A DNA stretch of 64,000 nt from Paragordius varius. Lineage: Eukaryota; Animalia; Nematomorpha. This document shows positions 1 through 11,637 of the stretch, in pieces. The notes beneath the pieces are model-generated. The model saw nothing but the letters and a program-made list of their open reading frames with translations, searched no databases and had not been told where the DNA came from. Each line of letters begins with the position of its first letter. The first letter of the stretch is position 1. The stretch lies in the NCBI GenBank assembly GCA_964247055.1, contig OZ176056.1, positions 8,680,001-8,744,000 on the forward strand, given 5' to 3'. A program made the translations under genes and the position numbers.

Positions 1-420
1 ATAATAAAACAACTGAATAATAAAACAACTGAATAATAAAAACAACTGAATAATAAAAACAACTGAATAATAAAAACAACTGAATAATAAAAACAACTGA
101 ATAATAAAAACAACTGAATAATAAAAACAACTAAATAATAAAAACAACTGATTAATAAAAACAACTGATTATCTAAACAACTGATTATTTAAACAACTGA
201 TTAATTAAAACAACTGATTAATTAAAACAACTGGTTGAATAAAAACAAATGATTAATTAAAACAACTGGTTGAATTAAAACAACTGGTTGAATTAAAACA
301 ACTGGTTGAATTAAAACAAATGATTAATTACAACAAATGATTAATAAAAACAACTGATTTATATAAACAACTGATTGATAAAAACAACTGATTGATAAAA
401 ACAAATAATTAATAATGACA
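1..420 (+). repeat. ~17-bp tandem satellite (AATAATAAAAACAACTG; 16-bp variant with one fewer A), array I, cut by window start
   Basis: Monomer read directly; it drifts to ATTAATTAAAACAACTG and GTTGAATTAAAACAACTG variants toward the right edge. Confidence 0.97.
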
Positions 421-580
421 ACTGATAAATAAAAAAAACTGCTTAATAAAAATAACTGATAAATTAAAAAACCTGAAATATCAAAACAACTCAAATTAAA
501 AAACAAATATTTTAAAAAATTTTAAAACATTTAATATAACTATAATATTAATCAAGAATTTGAATTATTAAACTGTAAAA

Positions 581-672
581 AATTACCAATTCAAAAATAT
601 CAAGCCAAAATCTTTTGCTTTACGATTTGTTTCAGTTTTTGCGCAAATAATTGATTGAGGCAACACATTCTA
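581..672 (+). repeat. ~90-bp spacer motif (TTACGATT..TTTCAGTTTTTGCGCAAATAA..GGCAAC) preceding the 32-bp satellite
   Basis: Near-identical at 23596-23687 and 44067-44159; diverged paralogues precede the 17-bp satellite at 21893-21985 and 43302-43387. Confidence 0.85.
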
Positions 673-910
673 AAAAAATAATGAAAATATATAAATTGAA
701 TATAAACGATTAATTACAATATAATAATTCAAAAAAACGCTATTTAAGAATGAATGATATGTTTTGTGTTTAATTATCTAAAAAACCAATTTGCTGGCAT
801 TCAAGTAATTTTGCCGAATTGAGCGAATTAATATTTAAATGAAAGCATTTTTTTAAACTTTCTGATTTTTAGAATTATTATTAGTACAACATTTGGGTTT
901 ATAGGCATAT

Positions 911-3290
911 TTTTAACCGATTAGCAAATTTTAAGGAAACTTTAACCGATTATTAGCAAATTTTAAGGAAACTTTAACCAATTTTTAGCCTATTATAAGA
1001 AAACTTTAACCGATTTTTAGCAAACTTTAAGAAAACTTTAACCGATTTTTAGCCTATTATAAGGAAACTTTAACCGATTTTTAGCAAATTTTAAGAAAAC
1101 TTTAACCGATTTTTAGCAAATTTTAAGAAAACTTTAACCGATTTTTAGCCTATTTTAAGAAAACTTTAACCGATTTTTAGCAAACTTTAACCGAAATTTT
1201 AAGAAAAACTTTAACCGAATTAGCAAATTTCAAGGGCACTTTAACCGATTTTTAGCAAATTTCAAGAAAACTTTGTACGATTTTTAGCCTATTATAAGGA
1301 AACTTTAAATAATTTTAGCAAATTAAAGGAAACTTTAACAGATTATTAACAAATTTAAAGAAAACTTTAACCAATTTTTAGCCTATTATAAGAAAACTTT
1401 AACCGATTTTTAGCCTATTATAAGGAAACTTTAACCGACTTTAGCAAATTTTAAAGAAACTTTAACCGATTTTTAGCAAACTTTAAGAAAACTTTAACCG
1501 ATTTTTAGCAAATTTTAAGAAAACTTTAACCGATTTTTAGCAAATTTTAAGAAAACTTTAACCGATTTTTAGCCTATTATAAGGAAACTTTAACCGATTT
1601 TCAGAAAATTTTAAGGAAACTTTAACCAATTTTTAGCCTATTATAAGAAAACATTAACCGATTTTTAGCCTATTATAAGGAAACTTTAACCGATTTTCAG
1701 AAAATTTTAAAGAAACTTTAACCGATTTTTAGCAAATTTTAAAGAAATTTTAAGAAAAACTTTAACCGAATTAGCAAATTTCAAGGGCACTTTAACCGAT
1801 TTTTAGCAAATTTTAGCAAATTTTAAGAAAACTTTAACCGATTTTTAGCAAATTTCAAGAAAACTTTGTACGATTTTTAGCAAATTTTAACTTTAACCGA
1901 TTAGCAAATTTTAAGATAATTTTAATCGATTTTTAGCCTATTATAAGGAAACTTTAACCGATTATTAGCAAATTTTAAGAAACCTTTAACCGATTATTAG
2001 CAAATTTTAAGAAAACTTTAACCGATTTTCAGCAAACTTTAACCGAAATTTAAGAAAACTTTAACCGATTTTTAGCAAATTTTAAGGAAACTTTAATCGA
2101 TTTTTAGCCTATTATAGGGAAACTTTAACCGATTTTAGCAAATTTTAAGAAACCTTTAACCGATTATTAGCAAATTTTAAGAAAACTTTAACCGATTTTT
2201 AGCCTATTATAAGGAAACTTTAACCGATTTTAGCAAATTTTAAGGAAACTTTAACCGATTTTTAGCCTATTATAAGCAAACTTTAACCGATTTTTAGCCT
2301 ATTATAAGGAAATAACCGATTTTTAGCAAATTTTAAGGTAACTTTAACCTAATTTTAGGCAAATTAGTAAAAAACTTTAACGCATTTTTAGCATATTTTA
2401 ACCGATTTTTAGCAAATTTTAAGAAAATTTTAACCGATTATTAGCAAATTTTAAGAAAACTTTAACCGATTATTAGCAAATTTTAAGAAAACCTCAACCG
2501 ATTATTAGCAAAACTTTAACCTAATTTTAGCATATTTTAAGGAAAAATTAACAGATTTTTAACAAATTATAAGGAAACTTTAACCGATTATTAGCCAATT
2601 TTAAAAAAACTTTAATCGATTTTCAGAAAATTTTAAGGAAACTTTAACAGATTATTAGCAAATTTTAAGGAAACTTTAACCGATTTTTAGCCTATTATAA
2701 GGAAACTTTAACCGATTTTAGCAAATTTTAAGGAAACTAACCGATTTTTAGAAAATTTTAAAAATTTAATCGATTTTTAGCAAACTTTAACCGAAATTTT
2801 AAGAAAAACTTTAACCGAATTAGCAAATTTCAAGGGCACTTTAACCGATTTTTAGCAAATTTTAAGAAAACTTTAACCGATTTTTAGCAAATTTTAAGAA
2901 AACTTTAACCGATTATTAGCAAATTTTAAGGAAACTTTAACCGATTTTTAGCCTATTATAAGGAAACTTTAACCGATTTTAGCAAATTTTAAGGAAACTT
3001 TAACCGATTTTTAGCCTATTATAAGAAAACTTTAACCGATTTTTAGCCTATTATAAGAAAACTTTAACCGATTTTTAGCCTATTATAAGGAAACTTTAAC
3101 CGATTTTTAGCAAATTTTAAGGTAACTTTAACCTAATTTTAGGCAAATTAGTAAAAAACTTTAACGCATTTTTAGCATATTTTAACCGATTTTTAGCAAA
3201 TTTTAAGAAAATTTTAACCGATTATTAGCAAATTTTAAGGAAACTTTAACCGATTTTTAGCCTATTATAAGGAAACTTTAACCGATTTTT
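911..3290 (+). repeat. ~32-bp tandem satellite (consensus ACTTTAACCGATTTTTAGCAAATTTTAAGGAA), array I, ~75 monomers
   Basis: Invariant core TTAACCGATT recurs every ~31-33 bp with a small set of variant halves. Confidence 0.97.
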
Positions 3291-6208
3291 AAATTGATTT
3301 TTATTTAATTTCTCATTTTTTTAACAAACTTTAAACAATTTTAAATAATTTTAGTGTATTTTTAAGAAACTTTAATACCATTTTTTTACTTTTTTTGAAC
3401 CACCTTAAGTCATTTTATGTAATAAAAAATAAAAGACACGAAAAGAAGGCGTTATATTAATTATACGCCCGAAAACCCAAAACCAATTTGTTGTACATAA
3501 TTTATATACTAGGAATTTTTTAGAGGAGGGGTGGTCAACAAGCGGCTCCTTAAATATTGAGGATGCCGCGAGAAATTTATATACAAGTTTTTAAAAAATT
3601 TAAGGAAAATTGATTATCTTAAACATATTTTCTGAATAAATTTTTCCGGAATTTTGGCAATTTCCTAAAAAAATGATAACAAAATAGTGGTTTTTACAGT
3701 ATCATTTATAATATCTAATAAAATGTTAGCTAATGCCCATATATTTAGCCAATTTGGACCGCGAAGCCATAGAATATGAAATTATTTTTTAAGAAATTAA
3801 ATTTTATAGGACGAGCATGCACCTAAAAAATAATAACTTAAGTTCACCTTTATATGTTAACACTTCCTCTCCATTATCAAAAAAATTTTACAAAATTTTA
3901 GAGAAAGAAATTCAATACTAAAATATTTTACCAAGTGCTATAATTTATGTAAAATTATTTTAAATTGGAAGGATATTTTAGATTTCAAAACAAGCAAGCA
4001 TCTAAATAATTATAACATATGTTCACCTTTCTATTTCATCTTCCTCAAACAAATGAAAAAAAAAATTTTAAAAGATCAAGAAACGCACTTGTTAGCAATA
4101 TAGTATCATAATTAGACATCTATTTAGTTTTTTTTTAAAAATGGATAATAATAAAATATTACTAGGTTTGTGTTAAAATTTGCCAGATAGAATTGCCAAG
4201 TAAATGGCTAATAGCAAGAAAAGATTCTTGTTGAATTCAATAAATGTTCTTTACTATCAATCGTATCTGACAATATTTTAATGCAAACCCAGCAATGCAT
4301 TTGTAATTATACTGTATATATATAAAACATGGAAAACTTACATATATTGTTTGAGCAGAATTGTATTAAAACGTATTTTCCCATTTCAGTCGTATAATAT
4401 CAACCATGTTTCCAATACTTTGTCGTTTTATTGTGGTCGATTGTTTCCAAGATTTGGTTGGACAGCTTCCTTTTTTCAATTAACAATGGTATTCTAATGA
4501 TTAAGTATAAACAATTTACCTTATTATATAGTAATGGCAATACATTGTATAGCTGGAGAGATCAAGACATGACAAGGGAAGTTGCATATGCACCCAATCT
4601 ATCCACCCATTTCAGAAAATGTGCGAGGAAAAAAAAATTGTATAAATGAAAAAAATAAAATTTTCGCCCTTTATATAGGGCATAATGTATATGTTATCTT
4701 TTTATCCAATCAAATTAATGTGTGCATTTGCGCCTTTTTCCCCCTTCTGGAAAAATGTTTCACATTCTTTTCCCTCTCTTTATTGCGCAACATTGTTTGG
4801 GCGCCTCTATTTTATTATTATTCCCCCTCCCCCCCATGTGCACATTCCAATAAAACATATAATATTATATATGATTCATCATATCTAAAAATAATCCTTT
4901 TTATTACAATAATGTTATTTGGCTGGCGCCTATAAAGAAATGTAAATAAAATTTGGAGAAAAATATGTTAAAAAAATATGGCAATAATATTTTAACAATC
5001 TTTATTAATAATAAATGAAAAATTTGAATTTATTTTCTTACTTAAATGTTTGATTACACAAATGGCTAATATCAAAATTTATTAATTAATTAATCTAATT
5101 TGTTTCAATATTAAAAAAAATAATTTTTCATAGAGGTATTTAAGTTTTTACCGGTGTAATTTGATTAATATATTGGTTTATAATTAAGTGATCTTAGAAT
5201 TTTTTTTCTAAAATAAAGCAGAATGTTTTTTAAAAAGTTTATAGATTATTATCTAAAGATTTATAATTATTTTAATTTTATGCTTTGTGCAATCATCTAA
5301 TATCAAATTAATGTTAAAATCAAATACATCATATAATAAGCTTTCAACAACAAAAGCTCTGATTTTTTTGGATTTCCAATTCATTAAAATCCATCATCAC
5401 AGATAGTTTATTTAGGTAAAAGATATTCAAAGTGTGCTTACGATAATTACCAATATATAATGATTCTCTCTTAATTCATACTAATATATATATTAATTTT
5501 AAAATAGGAATCAACAAATAAGTTATTATTCTGTTTTAATTCAATTAAAAAATATGTAAATAAAATCGAAAATAAGTTATGTCCTGTGGGGATAAGGGTT
5601 AAAGTAAAAAGTTTGGTTTCAGTTTTTTAAACAGAAAGCTGAAAATCTGTTTTTCATTAAGAGTTATCTGAAACAAAATTTAAACTTTTTTATATCATAG
5701 AACGATACAGAATATCTGGGAATTGCTAACTTAACATTTAATAACCTTTAAAAGTGTAATAATTCTCAATTGAGAAATGGTTAAATCCTAACAATTTTAT
5801 TAAAAATTATAATGGATTATTTATCCCAAAACTTTCTAAGCTTGCAATGTTAAATTCCCATCGTTCATGCGAAAATGTCTTTAGAATTAAGCAGTAATCA
5901 ACAGTTTAATTTAAATATTAACTAATCTTTTAAAAATCAATCAAAAGAGTTTCTTCATTTAATAATTATGTATAACCACACGACAATAACATGAGAAAAG
6001 TAAAAGATATCAATGTTGGATAAAAATATCATTAAATTCTTCAACTTTTTTAATAATTAGTTCCCGTTTTGAAAAAGCTGAATAAAAATCTTTTTCAAAA
6101 CAATAGCATTTCATTACTTTACTACAGTTTGGAAAACCAATAAAAATATTTGGTTATATGGTGAAAAATGTAAATTTTTTTAATCTTAAATTTATAGTAT
6201 GATACTGT

Positions 6209-6321
6209 AAGGTTTCGACTTTGTGGGCTAGGGTTAGGGTGAGGGATTGGAGTTGGTTCATTTTCTAAAAGAAGTCCGCAGGACTTCCTCGGGCTGCGAA
6301 GCAGGCCGAGACCCACGCATT
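6209..6321 (+). mobile_element. ~113-bp G4 + double GNA-hairpin cassette (candidate non-autonomous rolling-circle, Helitron/Helentron-like terminus); G-rich strand on +
   Basis: GGGCTAGGGTTAGGGTGAGGG, then hairpins GAAGTCC-GCA-GGACTTC and CTCGGGCTGC-GAA-GCAGGCCGAG, ending ACCCACGCATT. Five full and three partial copies in the window, both orientations. The repeat is certain; the TE class is inferred. Confidence 0.55.
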
Positions 6322-7070
6322 ATCTTACTATTTATACCTTATATTTATAATTAATTTTTTACTTAAATACAAAGATCCCAATAAAAAATTATTAATAATA
6401 CAGAGTTAGGTATTGAATTTTATTGGGAAATAATTGGAGATCCGTTCTAGTATTAGTAAATAAGAACAATGGATTAAACATTTTTTTTAGCTGTACTGCA
6501 AACATTACATAACATGTTTACATTAATTTTTATTACCCAAATCCTTAATATATATCATATAGTTTAGGAATCCTTATTTTTAACTTCTTAATAAAAATTT
6601 TGTGTTAGGTACAAATTGTCATTCTATATTCTGCTTATTGATTTAATCAGCTTTAGTTTGTACTTCATCTTAATTTAATCTATTTAAATTTTATATAAAT
6701 TATAAAAAGATGTCTTTATTTGTATTTAAAAATTAAATCTTTGAAAAATAGGGCCTTATCCAAACTAGACCACCTATATTTAAAAATAAAAATTTAATTC
6801 AAAACATAGTTAAATTTAAAACTTATTTCGTTTTTAATTATATATTAATAGCATTTTAAGTTTGATTCATTACTAATTTTAAAATTGATTAAGGTCCTAG
6901 AATTGAATTTAGGTATCTGTAGGAAAAATTGTGCATTGCTCTAGGTTACATGGTTTGAAGAATAAAATGTCAAGTAAACGAATTATATATTTATTTCTAT
7001 ATGTGTAAGACTCATTTCATATGTTTTTGGGATGAAATAACCCTAACCAACTATTATTTGGATAAACTTT

Positions 7071-7135
7071 AAGGCTTTCAACTTTGTGGACTAGGGTTAG
7101 GGTGAGGGATTGGAGTTGGTTCATTTTCTTAAAGA
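7071..7135 (+). repeat. Truncated cassette copy (telomere-like half only, hairpins missing)
   Basis: CTAGGGTTAGGGTGAGGGATTGGAGTTGGTTCATTTTCTTAAAGA, then unrelated sequence; equivalents at 34021-34089 and 52956-53034. Confidence 0.85.
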
Positions 7136-8343
7136 CACCCTTCATCCAATTTAAAGAGGTTCATGAATATTATTTGCTAAATCTGTGTTTTACTATTATA
7201 AATTTAATTAAACTCACTATGACATCGCTTATATGTAAATATAAAAAAATATTTTTATCAAACCTGGATACTATCTCAACAAAACCATTTATGAATTTAA
7301 ATCGAAGAATTGTTTATAATATAGTATTTTCATCATAAATTCTTAATTCAAAATGGTGTTTTATACAAAAATAAATTTCCAAATTACGCAAATTAGTAGT
7401 AGAGGAAAATCAATGTTATAAGCGTTCAGTCCGATATAAGGGATTACAATTGTTTTAGGGTAAAAGAAGACTTGTAAGCAATAAAGTGCTTATAAAATTT
7501 AATTTTAAATTTTTCTAATAGATTTGATCAAAATAATTGTAAATATCGAAGTTAATACTCTAATATATATATAAAATTACTAATGATGGATAAGAGGATT
7601 TTATTTGTCAAATTACCTATGAATGTAAAATAGTTAGTTTAAAACCGAATAATATTAGTGAGCAAATCCTAAAATGATAAAATATGTTTATTGGAGAATG
7701 AATATAAGTTAAAGTTTAATTAATTATAGTTATACTTACCCAAGGTATAATATTCAAGAGGCATCAATACAATTTAAATATTAAATAGCCATATTATAAA
7801 AATTTATTTATATTCTCATCTTTATCGGAGACAAAAATATTTTTTCATGTCACACCACATAAATAATTATATTAAAAAATCAACATTAACGATATAAGTT
7901 AATTTTATTTAACTAATTCCAAATTTTTTAATCCAAATTCATTTCTCTTTTGCTAGGTGGTATTCATACATACATAAATTCAAAAATTTGCTTCACAATA
8001 CTAAATTCGGACAGGATGGTTCATTATATGTCTACTTTGTTTCGGAAAAGTTATGGCTTTTTGAATGCGTTTAGTTGAAAATATTTTACATTTTTCAATG
8101 GATATCACAGAATTATGACAAACTAAAAACTTTAATTTGTTGTGGAAAGCAAATGTGAGCCTGATTCCGTATTAAATTTGGAAATTAACTCAAATTGTAT
8201 GGATCTTGCAGTGAGTAGCAAATATAATTGTTTATTTATTTTTTCGTTCTATTTTGGACTTTATATAAGGATTATTTTCTTTAAAAAACTTAAAATATAT
8301 ACGCAAATTTTTATATATTTTTTTGTTTTGAGTATTATTTTAG

Positions 8344-8507
<164 letters not shown>

Positions 8508-8970
8508 TAACACATAATTCACATACACATAACATCATTTTTAAATATCTTTAACTGTTTTCTATCAGGTTTTTTTTAATTAAGCTTCAAATATTATATA
8601 ATTAATCATACACACAATGCACACAATATTCTATTGGATAATAAAATAGGTCAAAAATTAATAGGTTGCTTTTAATTTCGGGACGAATCATCTCAAAATT
8701 CCAAATTATCCCCATTTTTTTATAATATTTTTAGGATAACAAAAACTCTTTATATATAATATATATATATATATATAGGATAAACTTGAAAAGAATTGAT
8801 TAAGTTTAATTGGGACTTTCGTAGATATTAAGTTTTTATACCACTGAATAGGTCATGTAATGGTAACAAAGTGATAAGAAGCACTATATGAAATTATATG
8901 TGATTAGAATTTCAAAATAGGTTATTTTAGATATATTTTGGTCAAATTTTAAACGAAACATATGGTATTA

Positions 8971-9515
8971 ATGTCCACAGGGCATATTCTTGGGTTCTGC
9001 GCCAACAGTAGTCGATTAATTAACTTGCGACATCATAATATAGTGGGTCACATCAAACAAAACCTCCCATCCAATGCACGACTAATATCCGAAAATCAAG
9101 CGCTGGACTCGTCAGGATTACGACCCGATCTCGTGGTGGCCCAACAAGTGCCTTATCATCGATCCAACTGTCACCCACGAGAACGGGCCCAACGCCCTAG
9201 ATGAAGCACACAATATTAAGATAGAGAAGTATCGTCACCTCACAGTCTCACTTTCCGGCCAATTTGACGAGGTTTATATCATTTCAATCGTCGTGGGCGT
9301 ACTTGGATCATGGCACCCCAAAAACAAAAGATTATTCGAAAACATTAATATGAAAAATAAGGCTGAGATGAGAAAGGATATAGTCATCGACACCATTAAA
9401 TTTTCCTGATATATTCTTTGAATTTACCAGTGGTAGAAACTAAATCCCCTCCCTCCCGGAAACATCAACCTCCAACCTCATCCCACAGTCCCACTGCGCA
9501 TCCGTAACACAATAA
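8971..9515 (+). mobile_element. 5'-truncated RLE-type non-LTR retrotransposon (R2 superfamily, NeSL/Utopia-like) 3' end, copy I
   Basis: GHILGFC..LRHH..SEN..LRPDLVV, a frameshift near 9147, then CLIIDPTVTHENG..KIEKY..IVVGVLGSW..DTIKFS*. This fits the CCHC tail plus PD-D restriction-like endonuclease motifs. C-rich 3' UTR ends in AATAA. Confidence 0.88.
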
Positions 9516-10569
9516 GGCTCAATTTGTATCAATATATCAATTCTGTCCATATGATCACCTATATTTCTTTTTAACAATGTTTTTTATATTCCTTATATTT
9601 TTATTTTTATGAAAATAAATACATAAATCAAATTAAATACCTAAATAGTTAGAATTGAAAAGTCAAAGGTTAAATATATTGTTCTGCTTTCGAAAAATAT
9701 TTTATGTTATAGTTTTAGGTTTTGTCATGTATATTTTCAATCTTTATAAATAAGGTTCGAAATATAGAGATAAAAATTCCTTTGTGCAATATATTAGGAG
9801 GATTAATAAATTTGAAAAATCAACATCCCAAGATATTAACATGAATATATTGAATATTACTCTAATGGTATTTTAAAGAATGCCTTATCCCATAGCAATC
9901 TTATCATCTATAAACCCCGGGGAGAACAGTAACAAACGCAAAAGATAAAAAGATCCAAGTGACCCTATTGGTGACATTTAAAGCGCATGAATTACTAATT
10001 GCAAAAATATTAAGGATTAAACATTCTCGGCTAAAGCCGCTTTAAACTAATCATATCAAATAACAAAGAATTAACATTTAAAATCAAACAGAAGTAGGTT
10101 GGCGATGAATTCCTACATTTGGTTCACAAATACTTAAAAGACGTTGGGAATTAAAACAACTGGTGATTTTACTATGTAAATAATACATATAAAAATAAAT
10201 GAATACCAACAATATAATATTTTTTACTACTTATACATTACTTTCGGCAATTTTGAATTAATAATGATATTGATATCTAAATTACATCAAAATACATACG
10301 TTTAAAACATAAGTATAATAAAAAAATGAAAGCTTATTTAAACTGTATTACATGCAATTATTAAAGAATATACAGTAGTTCTTTATAATTTTGCTTTGCA
10401 GGAATGTATCCATCTTGCTAAAATGTAGTTATGAATATTTTCAACGGACATTATTATAAATTGCAAATATTTATTTAATTTTTTCTTTTTTTAAACATCA
10501 TTTGATAAAATTATTAAAGCCCAACACTAAATTAATAACCAGAAATAATTAAAACATATTATTTATCAA

Positions 10570-10751
10570 TTAGATTGGATAAGCATTTTCAAAAAAAGTA
10601 ATGTTTTTCCACTGTTTGGCACATTCCTTTATCAAGGTATCACCGATCTTATACGATGCCAAAGTTGTGCCAGATATTTTGAACTGATATTGATTATCAC
10701 TGCGGTTAAGAGCGGTCAATTGGTTGCAGGCATCATTAAAGTATTCATTGT
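10570..10751 (-). pseudogene. Exon-like remnant of an unidentified protein, copy I
   Basis: AG acceptor, then open frame DNEYFNDACNQLTALNRSDNQYQFKISGTTLASYKIGDTLIKECAKQW..AYPI*; open in all three copies (37541-37722, 56511-56692); GC higher than flanks. Confidence 0.35.
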
Positions 10752-11637
10752 CTTGTATATTATATATATATATATATTTAACCTCGCTCTCATAATCAAA
10801 TGCTCAATTCCTTAAAAAAATCCTATATTTTGTCTTAACTATCAGAATTATTTGAATAATACAAAATTAATTAGTTTGCTTATATGAAGGTATACAATTC
10901 AAACTAGCATATATCTTAAAACTATTCTTATGAACCTTAAATTATAAGATAAGAAAGACAACGCGTAAAAAAAATTATTTTCCACATAAATTGCTTTTAC
11001 AAGATCTATATAACATATAATATGTTAATATTGTAATTGATAAACGAGTGTAAATAAAGTAATAATGATAAAAAAATTGACACAGCTCGACAACTTAACA
11101 ATTAAATGGTATAGAAGTTTAAAATTTAAAATATATAATTTAGTGCAGGTGAACCAAAGAGTCGCAAGCCTTTTTTAAACGTTTTAAACTTAAAAATCCA
11201 AAATTAGAGACCAACCGTTTCAGGAGGCCATAACATTTAGGAAAGAAAAGTTTTTATAACTTTGGGGGAAAATTATCAACTTCTAAAAAAGATTAAGAAG
11301 CACTGCAGCGAAAAATGAAACGGTCCAGCAAAATGGTCGGTTTCAGAATTTAATAAAGGAGCACTAAATGACCAACGTGCATTTAATGATTATTTTAAAA
11401 TCTTACTAATAGAGGAAGAAACAAATATTAGCATCCTAGAAGTTATACTATAAAATGTCATTGGTATATATCATTTACCTTAAATTCACCCTTAAACAAT
11501 TCAAATTTACCCTATAAATATTCAAAAATTTAATATTACCTATATTTTTTTATATTTTTAAAAAATAAAATTTTTGTTTTAAATTAAAATAATGCTGAAA
11601 AAATAATATAGACATAAAGATATATTTCATATGATTA

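Noticed and set aside
911-3290. CRISPR-like array (constant core plus variable part)
   Set aside because: The variable parts are a few recurring variants, not unique spacers; no cas genes; eukaryotic context.
3690-3820. BEL/Pao-like motif LWLRGPNWL on the minus strand
   Set aside because: A single short motif; the upstream NPAD..RG signature is absent.
4431-4935. Repeated small ORFs, and a faint RT-like minus-strand phrase (KKE..PNLGNNRP..KVLE)
   Set aside because: Frames differ between copies, there is no recognisable domain, and motif spacing is wrong for an RT call.
6122-6316. Short ORFs over the cassette (also 7084, 33075, 34034, 52008, 52969)
   Set aside because: Incidental frames through a non-coding repeat; recurrence is explained by duplication.
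8749-8778. (TA)n microsatellites here and at several other sites
   Set aside because: Expected in DNA this AT-rich; no further structure.
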